Shown: positions 49,754 through 62,935 of the stretch, in pieces | How positions within the stretch are numbered: position 1 is the stretch's first letter | How the letters are laid out: every line of letters starts with the position of its first letter | Source of the DNA: Octopus sinensis | Lineage: Eukaryota | Assembly (NCBI RefSeq): GCF_006345805.1 | Contig: NC_043008.1 | Coordinates: 9,610,001-9,674,000 of the forward strand | DNA: 64,000 bases | Direction: 5' to 3' | The notes under the pieces: generated by a model | Seen by the model: only the letters and a program-made list of their open reading frames with translations | Told to the model about the DNA's origin: nothing | Databases searched by the model: none | Translations under genes and position numbers: made by a program

Positions 49754-50174
49754 GGATCTTTTCGGTTTGAACGGCAGTTTTTTCTAGCGGTGTCATATGA
49801 AATTGTCACCCATAATTATGACCCTAGTATCGATTTATTGCATTTCAATCTGTTTTAGGGTTAGGGTTAGGGGTGAGGGAGAAGGGTATATTTTTTCTTC
49901 ACAAATGTAAATAAACCCAATCTGTTTCTTAAACGAAGGACATATTCTCATACGGCACAGAATGTTGTTTACGTCAATGGACGTCACTGATTGGTTGAAA
50001 TTGCAGAAATTGAAGAAAAAACAGCAACAAATATCTTACAAACTATAGAATATTCTCAATAGAGCCAAGAGAAAAAGATGTTTTATAAACACATTCTACC
50101 AGAATACGAAGTTTAAAAGTGTTTAGTTACGTGGAAATTATTTTTAAAAACTGCCGTTCAAACCGAAAAGATCC
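49754..50174. mobile_element. MITE with 29-bp perfect TIRs and an 8-bp TSD (Merlin-like by GG termini)
   Basis: TIR GGATCTTTTCGGTTTGAACGGCAGTTTTT / AAAAACTGCCGTTCAAACCGAAAAGATCC; TSD GACATCGA (49746-49753, 50175-50182); decayed partial relative at ~17290-17524. Confidence 0.9.
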
Positions 50175-50956
50175 GACATCGAAATTGAGTGGTTCGGCAG
50201 TGCTTACCTTAAATCAGAAATAATTAACAATTAAGAAAAGTCACCTGGAGTACAGTTGTGACATACCTGAAATAAAGACATGTTTAGTCTTTATCATTTA
50301 TCATAATATTTCTAGAATAATATGATCGTTCAATGGAGGAAGCAGAAGAAATAATAAATTAGTTTCTGTTTTTTTTTTATTATTTTAATTGAACGTTTTT
50401 TATCGAATGACACTTGTTATGCTACGTGGAGGACATCGTTTTGTTTGTTGCGTTACGCATGATCAGATTGAAAGATAGGTGAAAATATATGAAATGCTAC
50501 AAAGTGCCTTTACCTATTATGTCTAGGTATGTTGTGTAGTTATCTTATATAGATAAACCTTGCATGAGAAGTAGTGAAAGCAACGTTAAATAGAAAAACA
50601 AACAAAAGTTGAACAGCGTGGTTGATATGGTTTCAGATAATTGAATTAAACAGTCTAAATTAAGTTTTTTTCTGGCAGCATCAGAAATATTCGTCTTAAT
50701 AACAGCACAACCAACAACATCGACAATAACAACAATAACAACAACAAATACGGGAAAGAGAATCTGTCAAAAGTAACAGAATATATATGCAGCTTCAGAA
50801 CTAATTATCTATCGTTATCTCTCCATCCATCTAATTAATCTTATTACACATACACACTCACACACATACATACATACACACATACATACACACTCACACA
50901 CATACATACATACACACATACATACACACTCACACACATACATACATACATACATA

Positions 50957-51653
50957 CATAATACATACATACATACATACATAATACATACATACATACA
51001 TGAACACAACCACATTCTGTTTGTGTGGGTGTAAGAACATTTATAAATATAAATATATATATGTATGTGTGTGTGTGTATTATGCATGCGTGTGTTTTGT
51101 GTGCGTGTGTATGGTTGTGTTTGTGTGTGTATGTGTAATAGGAAAAGTACCCGGCGTTGCCCAAGTACTGCAACATTTTTCTTTTTAGTAAATTTTATGT
51201 CGCACTTTTTGTATTTAGTTATATTTGCATTATTCCCGCAGAGATCGACTTTGCCTTTCTTCAGGGTTGATAAAATAGCTGTCATGTATTGGGGTCGATT
51301 TAACCGACTATACCCCACCACCACCACCACCACCAAAATTTCGGGCGAAATATTGCTTAGCATTTCGTCCAGCGCGCTAATGATTCTGCCATCTCGCTGC
51401 TTTACTCTTTTCTATTATTTGTTTCAGTCATTTGACTGTGGCCATGCTGGAGCACCGCCTTTAGTCGAGCAAATCGATCCCGGGACTTATTCTTTGTAAG
51501 CCTAGTACTTATTCAATCGATCTCTCTTGACGAACTGCTAAGTGACGGGGACGTAAATACACCAGCATCGGTTGTCAAGCGATGTTGGGGGGACAAACAC
51601 AGACACACAAACATATACACACACATACATACATACATACATACATACATACA

Positions 51654-51685
<32 letters not shown>

Positions 51686-52421
51686 CATACATACATACAT
51701 ACATACACATACATACATACATACTACATACATACATAATACATACATACATACATGAACACAACCACATTCTGTTTGTGTGGGTGTAAGAACATTTATA
51801 AATATAAATATATATATGTATGTGTGTGTGTGTATTATGCATGCGTGTGTTTTGTGTGCGTGTGTATGGTTGTGTTTGTGTGTGTATGTGTAATAGGAAA
51901 AGTACCCGGCGTTGCCCAAGTACTGCAACATTTTTCTTTTTAGTAAATTTTATGTCGCACTTTTTGTATTTAGTTATATTTGCATTATTCCCGCAGAGAT
52001 CGACTTTGCCTTTCTTCAGGGTTGATAAAATAGCTGTCATGTATTGGGGTCGATTTAACCGACTATACCCCACCACCACCACCACCAAAATTTCGGGCGA
52101 AATATTGCTTAGCATTTCGTCCAGCGCGCTAATGATTCTGCCATCTCGCTGCTTTACTCTTTTCTATTATTTGTTTCAGTCATTTGACTGTGGCCATGCT
52201 GGAGCACCGCCTTTAGTCGAGCAAATCGATCCCGGGACTTATTCTTTGTAAGCCTAGTACTTATTCAATCGATCTCTCTTGACGAACTGCTAAGTGACGG
52301 GGACGTAAATACACCAGCATCGGTTGTCAAGCGATGTTGGGGGGACAAACACAGACACACAAACATATACACACACATACATACATACATACATACATAC
52401 ATACATACATACATACATACA

Positions 52422-52453
<32 letters not shown>

Positions 52454-52455
52454 CA
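50957..52455. repeat. Near-identical ~755-bp tandem duplication bounded by (TACA)n arrays
   Basis: Offset 755 at 51001/51756 and 752 at 51361/52113. Confidence 0.95.
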
Positions 52456-55447
52456 TATATACGATGGGCTTCTTTCAGTTTCCGTCAACCAAATCCACTC
52501 ACAAGGCTTTGGTCGGCCTGAGGCTATAGTAGAAGACACTTGCCCAAGGTGCCACACAGTGGTACTGAACCCGGAACCATGTGGTTCGTAAGCAAGCTAT
52601 TTACCACACACCCACTCCAACGCTGTTTATAAATAATTTCAGTTTTAAGATTTAAGAAAAGGCAATCTTTTTGTTTTGGTTTATATATTTTCTGGTAATT
52701 CTAAATTAATAAGCGACACATAAAACTGAAACAATACGAGCAAAACAGTCTTTTATTTGACTGCAACTATGGTGTAGAAAACAGGTCTTGTTCTGAAGTT
52801 TAGTGTTTTCCTGAAAAGATATTTGTATGGCCCAGCATGCAACTCAGATGTGATCAGGATAGAAACACAGACTTGGCAATTCAACTCCAGCAATCTTGAA
52901 GAATTGCTCCCGAAACTAGTTGACGATCATAGAAGACACTCTCAAAGAAATCTGATGATACTTGAACTGGGATTGCAGATTCCTAGAATGCATAGAGTGA
53001 AAATATCTCTCTTGGTGCAACCAGCCTTTGTGGTTTGTAAAAAATTCTGTAGCAAAATAATACTCGCTCTTATATTTACAGATTGCAAGGAGGGACAGAA
53101 GTAAGTTGAAAATGATTGCGACTTTTTGGGGTAGCTCACAGCAACGTTAATGTGAACAGCAATGTGAACTGTCTTGTACCCTCTGATTGGACCTGCACCT
53201 GTTGAATGATGTTGGCTTGCAAATTCTTACATATCCTTAAGAACTAGTATGCTAAACCAGCAAACAACGATAGAAAACATACACCTTTACAGCGTAAACA
53301 ACATATTTTCCGATATCGACGGAAGATCAGACATTTCTGAAGAAATTAGATACGTAGAAGGTATAAACAGAACCAGGATAGAAAAAAATGCTAAAAATAA
53401 AATGCATCATCTATATTTAAGAGACATAGTTTGATGCTGCATCAGATTTAATCTCCCAAATTGCTTGTCGTTACACAAAAACACCACCAAAAACCTAGAT
53501 GTCGTCCTTGAAAAATTACCTCCAAACACGCGAATGTTCTAGAATTATTACAAGTTGAATGAATTGTTAAACAGTTCTTATTTTGCAGCTCATTGTACAA
53601 TAATCACATCACTGTGCACTGTCGTTCATCATGACAGAAACTTGATCGTGTATAGTAAGCTATTTCTGAGGCATAGTAGTAAAACACCCTTGGATAGTAC
53701 TAAAACAATATCCTAAAAGAATCACTGTCTATTCCATTCATCCCGGTCAAGAAGAACATGTGCATAGAGAAATAGTTGCATCATCAATAACCTCACTAGC
53801 TCCATATCCTGTGGGCCACAAAGGTATAATATCATATTGTTATTTGTGCAATCCAAAATGACCGCTTTTATATTTTGTAACAATATTACTAGTCCATTGA
53901 ATGGTTTAACGAAGATTATAATTTTAATTAAAATTGTTGAGTATAGCAATATTATTTACAAAACATTGAAATATTAAAATGATATAATGTTTTTAACAAC
54001 CTACTCTTGTTTTAATTTTCTAATCACTCTTTCCTCATTTATAATTCCAGTTAGTATGATAAACACCTCATCTTTCCATTCACTTTCATTTTACTAATCG
54101 TGCTACAATTATTTTTCTTTCAGCCTTCTCTGATCTTACATCTCATTAGCGTGGCACGTCTCAAAGCTGCACACTGCTAATTACTACATGAAAATACTTG
54201 TGAAATTAAATCAGTAAGATATTTGACACAACGATTTAAATTGTAAAAAGTCATGACTATTGTATAAGATAAAATAAAAAATTTACATCCATATTCTAAT
54301 AATAATTGAATATCGAATACTGAATACTCAGCAACATTTAAGCAGTTTTGATTCTTTAGGTTACATTTTCTTGATCATCTTGCCGACTGCAGCAAAAAGG
54401 TATCATTAAAAAACATTCTTTCCTAAAAAATTTAAGCAATTACTTCGTAAACTGAAATATATCAAAAGCTGTATAATAGTTCAACAGAAAATCTTTTCCT
54501 TTCAATTTCTCCATTTATAATTCATTACTAAAAAAAACATTGATCAAATGATTTAGATTTTGCAGAGATCTCCAATAAATTTATATTTTACATTGAGACA
54601 AAAAGTGTGAGTTCATCCATTTTCAGTATTTTAAGCAGTAAATGTTTTTTCTCTTACCGAAATGAACAGAATAACAGAGACAAACAGCGTCTCATACATT
54701 ATCGTAATATAGTTTATATGAATAATAGATTATAAGAAAGGCAGGAGTGACAAACATCTTTACTTGTCCATTTGAGGAAAGCGTATAAACTGTAAGTATC
54801 GCATTTATCACTGAGAAACAACGATCGCCTCCATTCGAAAACACATATAGACTCTTCACAACCTGATGTACCATCCATGACACATGATTTTTACTTCATT
54901 AAATATGTAACGATTTTATCTGTACAACAGGTGATATTTCAAAAAAAAGATTTAAGAATTTGTTTATTTTTCAGTTGCGTTGGTTCAAAAGACAAATATT
55001 TCTTGTACAGTGCAATCCCCAAAATATCTGCCTCTCCTAGTATAAAGCAATCAAATTCAATACTACATTATTCTATGAAATAGTTAATATACATTTAGGA
55101 TGCTTAGGTCCAGACATTTTTGTTTTAAATCATTATTTGCTGATCCGATTTGTTTTTAAATTTTTGTGTATACAGAATCATTTCCCCGTTCAACAATGAA
55201 ACAAGAAACGTATCATCAAATGCATTCTAACCGTAGCCATCTTATCCTTTAAAGGCAAAAATTAATCATAGACAATATTAATTTATGTCACCCTTTTAAA
55301 AAAGAAACAGTCTTACTCTAGCAATTTTCAAACACATTAATTGGTGGTCCTAATCAATGTTCACCTTTTGCTCATGAAGGATTATTCAAATTGTTTATCA
55401 TAAATTGTATTGATATTAATCTTTATTGTTGAAAGATAGACATAAAA

Positions 55448-55848
55448 TGTTACAAAGAGAACTCGCGTTAGTAGGTGAGCATTGCAGAAACACGTTAACG
55501 TAATTCACGATGGAAAACTCAGGCATCACATAGTGCCTGATAAGGTTTGCCCTTTCAATATGACATGCGTGTGCCAACAAAGCGTGGGGCATAAGTGGTG
55601 GTAGGTTCGTTAGGAAGGCCAGAGAAGACGTTTGTCAAGGCAAACCATGGATTCGAACTCATGTGGAAAAAAGAGAGGGCAAGACGCCCGAAGATTGCCC
55701 GGGAGATTGCCTGGGAGGAATTGATACAAAAGGAACAAAAGACAACAAGAAACTAAATAAAAAGAAACACACAGAAGAGAACGTATTCAGAAACTTTGAA
55801 GAGCTTTTTGTTCCTCCGGGAATCCGAATAGAAATTATTACATTAACA
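55448..55848 (+). mobile_element. Possible solo LTR
   Basis: TGTTAC...TAACA ends, GC-richer than the flanks, internal AATAAA; no clear TSD. Confidence 0.35.
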
Positions 55849-56619
55849 GCTTGGCAGTCCTAATATAATTTACACGTTAAATTCGCGATTAAATTTCAAT
55901 ATTTCAATTAATTATTTAACAGTTAATATTGATATTGGAATTAATTATGGATTTGTTGAATAAATTAATATCAATTTAAAATTTTCAAGCACTCTATTCT
56001 GCTGTACAAATACTGCACTAAAATGTTCTGTTATAATGCATGGCAGTATTTTTTACATTACTATGCATTCGCTGCTTTGTATTGTTCTACTTCTCATTTC
56101 TGTTCGAAACCACCAAAATCCATTGCTTTATACAACTTTCTATTTTTAGTAAAACTGACATAAATTAATACCACTTTTCTTATTCATCTTTCTATTCCTT
56201 CAGCAACACACAGCAGATATGAAACGATCCTAGAATCAGCATAATCTGGCTGATGTTGGATTAAACTTATAATTTGTAGAATGTAGCGTTGCAAATATTT
56301 ATCCAACTTCTGTGTTACCAGAAGTACAAACAGACGTGGGAAAACGCTATTTTTCAGGATAAAATAACGACGTGGCTATGAATAAAAGTGAATTTTGATA
56401 TTGAATTGTGCCATTAAAAGTTTTAGTTGTAAAAGAATCTTGTAAACTATATTTTAATAAAATATATTAAATTTGGAACTTATAAGAATTTCCTAAACAG
56501 TGTAGACTTTTATAATTGTTTTCTTTCAGTAAAAGTTAAATACTCCAAACTAATTAATAGGCAACTCTACATTCAACCATTTTTGCTCTTGGATTCCTTT
56601 GATTCTTACTTAACACTCT

Positions 56620-56927
56620 TGTTCGATCACTGTATATCAAAAATGTCCGATCACAGTATAGTAAAATGTCCGTTTACTGTATATGTCCGTTCACTGTATA
56701 TGTCCGTTCACTGTATATGTCCGTTCACTGTATAAGTCCGTTCACTGTATATGTCCGTTCACTGTATATTAAATGTCCATTCATTGTATATGTCCGTTCA
56801 CTGTATATCAAAAATGTTCGTTCTCTGTATATTAAAAAATATCCGTTCACTGTATATGTCCGTTCACCGTATATTAAAAAATATCCGTTCACTGTATATG
56901 TCTGTTCACCGTATATTAAAAATATCC
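56620..56927. repeat. 17-bp minisatellite TGTCCGTTCACTGTATA (~16 units, A-rich spacers)
   Basis: Direct reading of the units. Confidence 0.92.
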
Positions 56928-58805
56928 TACCATATTTTCATAATTTAGTATTATAAAGAATTATATATAAAATTTTAATATTTTGTGTATAGAAGAAGTA
57001 TAATCATTTTATTGTCCATAAAGTTTGACAATAAAATCTTATGGGAGTCCTCAAGGGCCATATGGACCCCCGGCCGAGAACCACTGATTAACATAATCAA
57101 CTGATCTGCTAGAAATAGCTGCCAAAAGTTTACATCAAATCACTATCTACTATCATAAAAATAGCAGATATGTCTATCAAGGAAAATGCAGTCCTAGATA
57201 GTCGAAGCCTTATAAAGACAGAGAAAGATTATAACGAGAATGCTTTTGATCGTTGGCCTGCTCTATGAGAGCTGTCGTGGGGCTAAACAAAGCCTATCGC
57301 TATTATAATGCTTTACACTGTACTACACAAGACTCAAAAGCCAGTGAGGGAGCTTTTGTGTTGGTTTTGGAACCTCTAGAAATAGCAGCCACATCTTTTT
57401 TCAAGCCATAGCCTGCTGACTGTCGCAAAAGAACATGGAGAAATGTAGAGAATTTCTTACTGTAGCATCATTTCTTTGTATCTTTGTATCTCAGTTATCA
57501 AACACACACATACAGCTATATACATATGTGCGTGTGTGAGTGTGTGTGTGTGTATTGGTATGTTTATATGACTCTAGGACAATTCATCGTTGGCCATTTC
57601 ATCATTAGGTCAATTCGTCATCTGGTCAATTTGTCTTCAACATCGAAGTCGTAATGTTATGGAGTTATATCATTGTTATTCGGATGTCAGTTTGAATTCC
57701 TTGTTAAAAATTGCACGCATAACAAAAGGAAATTATTTCTTACTCGAGGGAATTGAATAGATGTTAAATCGCTGCATCAAATGGTTCTCAAAGTGTTTTG
57801 AATTGGTATTGTTCCATATAGACAGCAAACATGAATATGTAATGTGAAAGTAAAACTAGAAGTTTCGAAACCGATGTCCAAAACAATTCTGTTGTTCATT
57901 TATTATGAAAGATACTTTCGCATTTGTCAGGCAAATGACTTCTACAGAAGTTTTCTTTACCAAACAGCAATATCAGGAATGTTATACACTTTGGCGAAAG
58001 TTTTGATGGAAGTTATTCTACAGCATACCTTTCGTTGAAACATATTTACACAGCAACAAAAATATTTTCTACGCTTATTGAAGTTAGCATTTCCAATTGT
58101 AAATTGTTTCAGCGGCAGAAGGTAATACAAATCACCCAGTTTCGAATATGAAAACAGAATCAATTTCATTTTGTGGGTCCCCTCGATTAATTATAATCTA
58201 GGCCATCTTTCGATCAAGGGGGAATGTTGGCCTGCTGGCTTAACGAGCGGGGTAGCGTGATCGGAGGCTAAAACGATGCAAAGGGTATTGTGACCAGCGA
58301 TGTGAAACAACATCTGATAGCCTGGTCGGTCATGTGGTTATGTGATATTTATATATACATATCCAGGCGCAGGCGTGGCTGTGTGTAGGAAGCTTGCTTC
58401 TCAGCCATACGGTTTTGGGTCCAGTCTGGCTACGTAGCACCCAGGGCAAGTGTCTTCTACTATAGCTTTGGGCAGAACAGATACTTCTAAGTGGATCTCG
58501 TAGTCGGAAACTGAAAGAAGCCCGTCGTACACACATAAACACACACGCCCATAACACGAAAGATTCTTTGAAAGCTGTTATAGTCAGAGTAATATCCAAG
58601 ATGAACCAGGGCCACTTCATTCGAGCATGTAGATGATTTAGATCTCATATAGAAGCAGTTGTTGAAGCTGAAGATAGCTTTATTGAATAACATCATAGAA
58701 AAGAAGGTTTATTTTTTATCCTCACTGCATTTTTTGATAAAGTTAGTGTTATAATATATGTTTTTTCATAAACACAATCTGTCCTCAAATATCTTACGCA
58801 GCCTG

Positions 58806-58898
<93 letters not shown>

Positions 58899-58967
58899 TA
58901 TATAAAATAGAAATATGTTACAAGAAGAAAATAGAACTACACGTAGAAATGTAAGGGGAAAGTAAGA

Positions 58968-59330
58968 ATTTCGGATTTGTTCTTTGTGGATAGTGGTTCT
59001 TCGACGGCGTGATATTCCTGTTTGTCCAATATAGTGGTTACCACATCCTTAGCATGCCATGGCATAGATTAGATTTTCCGAGGCACAGGTGAAATTTGAT
59101 TTGATCTTAAATATTTCCCCTTGTTTGAAGTGGAATTCTGAACCCTCCAAAAGGTGTGGGCATGTTCCACAGTTAGGACGACCACATTTTTTTTACTTTT
59201 GGCTCTGTTGTTAGTGGATATAGTTTTGCGCTGGTTAATATTCTTTTCGGTGACTTCGGTTGCATTTTGCTTTTTATAATTTTGTATGAGATGAAAGTCA
59301 ACTTCGAAGGAATTTTATGGAACTTATTAA
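58968..59330 (-). mobile_element. Penelope-like element remnant: GIY-YIG endonuclease
   Basis: IIKSKMQPKSPKRILTSAKL..EPKVK / KCGRPNCGTCPHL..FTCASENLIYAMAC*GCGNHYIGQTG..RTTIHKEQIR; one frameshift in an A-run and one stop. Confidence 0.85.
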
Positions 59331-61035
59331 ATACTGAAATACCTTCATGACTTGGCACATGCATAAAAACATACATAAATGCACATATAGCCATAATGTG
59401 TATTGATATACGTGAGCTTTGGAAATAAGCGTTATAAAGTTCCTTTTTGTCGATCTTTTTGTAGCAGCATCAAATATTCGTTAGAAATAATTTCTAATGC
59501 TATCATATGTAATAAATGTGTATACATATATGTTTGTGTGAGTGTGAGTTTATAAACTTATATACATAGATATCACACATACACACATTTGTAAGACTGG
59601 TTATGAACTAAAAGCAGCTTTCAAGTAAACCGGTGTCATAAGAACGGAATAAATATTATTTTATTTAAGTGGTTCGTAAGAAACGGCCAAATATTTCGCA
59701 CCTTTGAGCTTTTCATATGAATGATAATTTGTAACGGATTGTTGAATAATATAGAAGTGTCAAGAGTATATTCTAGAAAAACACTGAGTTTTTCAAAGGC
59801 GATTTTTTTTCTTCTATAATTTCAAAGTGAATTAGAATTATTAAAAATTTATTAGGGCGATAAACAAATACCAGACAACAGAAAACAGATCATAAAAACC
59901 TGAAAAAAGAGAAAAAAATTAAAGAGAGTGGTAATATAGAATTGGAGATGAGGACAGGTGATATAAATATCAAAGACGCAGAAAGGTATTTGCTTGTATT
60001 TGAATATAGTTTAGAGGAGGAGAGAGGACAGAGAATTTTATTTTTTATGAGAGAATGTTTTGAGTGAAGAGGAAGGTGAGAGGGAGAGAGCAGAGACAAA
60101 AAAGAGTGTAAACATGTAAGGCTTTGTTCTTCTCGACAAAAGTCTCTTACATTGAAACAATAAATTAACAAGGAGACAATAAGTGATAAAAAATGTTATA
60201 TTGTTATAACGAAAATACATCTTTAGTAAAGTCAAAATATTTGGAAAAAGAAAAAAACGAATGCAAAGTAATTTTATAATTATGAGTTCATGTACAAAAA
60301 TGTAAATGCAAGCATACGCATACACCCGCATAATAAACATTAAACATAGACATTCACTTACAGGTCGTATGAGAATGTCTGCATATAAACATTTGCATAA
60401 ATATGTCTATTTTTTCACTCATTTTGTTCTCTGTAAATAATAATAATAATAATAATAGTAATAATAATAACAATAACAATAAAATTTTGGACATTAACCC
60501 TGGAGTATACATTATTAAACTCATTCTTGGGTCCAGGCAATCGGACAGATGATAATCCAGAGATTGTTTGTTATATCATACACTTGCTTGAAAATGCGCG
60601 AAAATCCGTCGTGTTTCTTCGATTATACCCAAGTAGAATGGAGTGAGAAAGTTCTTTATTTCATTTACAGTTGTTTCATTGAAGATCCTTTTGTTGAGCT
60701 TTGCCATATTATACAATAATATATACAACCATAGATACATGAAGTGTCATGAGCGCAAAATCGAAATTTTATTTTTTCAAATAACTTTTATACATGATGT
60801 TGACGAATCAATCTTCCATTTTGTGTCTATGAGATATGTGTCATGCAGTATTGCATAATAGAACAATGCACATGAAATTGATCTGAGATGAAAGAATTGT
60901 AAATCAAGGAAATAAAAGGAATTGCTCGCTCCATTATATATATATAGTTGAAATTTACAGAAAAACAAAAGACGAAGACAGGTGTATAAACAACAAGCAT
61001 GTGTATTAGTTTAATGCTTGGGAAGGTGAGACAGT

Positions 61036-61071
61036 CTTTTACGTTTCGAACCTACGCTCTTCATCAGAAAG
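61036..61071 (-). ncRNA. Minimal type-I hammerhead ribozyme motif
   Basis: On -: CTTT-CTGATGA-A-GAGC-GTAG-GTTC-GAAACGTA-AAAG. Confidence 0.75.
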
Positions 61072-61511
61072 GAACACGAAAAAATAAACACAGATCGATG
61101 CTAGATGTGTCGAAACAATTGTTGTGATTAATGATAAATTCTCGTATATTCGTATTTCATTTGCCATATGCATAGCGATCACTTTCCCAGTGATCGTGCT
61201 ATACCAGTAAGCTACCAGGTGTAAACCATTCGTTTTATTATCCATTATGCACACATTATACGTTGCTATTACGTCAAACTGTCGTATGTCCAAATTTGGC
61301 CAAATGCGTTTTTTTTCTTTTCAATATTTATTTTTGCTTGCAACAGCCGGTTCTTTTGGTCAAACTATTGTATCTCCAGCTGCTTCAGATGACAAAATAT
61401 CAAAGATTGTCAAAGTGAAGCACAACGATTTTGCTATGGAATGGTGAAACTATTTTTTCGTTTTCTGAAAAAGCAACGTTTCGGACTTAAAATACTTTTG
61501 CATAACAACAA

Positions 61512-61559
<48 letters not shown>

Positions 61560-61982
61560 GTAAAAGTAATATGTGATAATTATTCGGTAGCCATAATAAA
61601 ACTCCGAGTTTCGGAGGCCGAGATGGAAATCCACGCCGCCATCTCTTCAGTTATCTGGCCAATTGTCACATATTACTTTTACAGATAAATTCCTCTAATT
61701 ACATAATATCGAGGCCTCTTTCATTCTTTTGTTGTGTTACCATTTTTATCAATATATATGTATTGAAAAAACTGGAGTCAACAACTGGAGTCAGTCGCTA
61801 CAATTGTTACTCGTAATGCAGGGAAACGGTTGAACAAGCGAGTACTTGCACGCCTAGAGAACGACATTCCGTAGAAACAATTGTAGTGATTGAAAATAAA
61901 TGTCCAACCGCACTCCTTCTTGTTAACTCCAAACACTTGTTTATATATTTGCCTTTTGGTTTTTTTACTAACTAGCCACCTA

Positions 61983-62071
<89 letters not shown>

Positions 62072-62547
62072 TCTCCATTATTTATAATTATACACTACTA
62101 CCTTTTGAATTTTGGCGCTAGCCTCTCAACAGTTTTAACAAGCTTGTACGAGGCGACTTACCGTTTAGCCCCAGGCAGCGAGACCCATTGAGGAGGACTA
62201 AAAGAATTATCTCAGAGTTCGAAATCACGTGATATGGGTATATTTGCAATTTCATTTGCGATTGTCCCTCGCTTTGGTATCTTGGCTATTTTTCTCGCTC
62301 CCCCGATTTCGTCAGCTTGTTAACTTTCAGTGTTTGTGGCTAATTGAGTGGCATTTGACTCCTATTTCTAGCGAAATTGGTGCTATCTACTACCCTTGTT
62401 TATTATTTGCCTTTTTTTGCTAGCTGGCCACAATGTTATCATTACTTAATAATAATAATATCTTCGATAGAGTGGTTGTATACTGTCACCCAATAAAATC
62501 TTCATTATTTATAAATGTGTGTGTAAATAGATATAGAAAGACAGCTA

Positions 62548-62935
<388 letters not shown>

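Noticed and set aside
56620-56927. CRISPR-like array
   Set aside because: Units are mostly directly adjacent, and the spacers are only short A-runs
61596-61655. Hammerhead-like CTGAAGA..GAAAC on the minus strand
   Set aside because: The hairpin GATGG/CCATC is separated from GAAAC by 9 nt and no stem I forms; two independent hairpins instead
61982-62071. (TTA)n(TAA)n palindrome (also 42884-42915)
   Set aside because: Simple repeats abutting in opposite orientation; no specific signal
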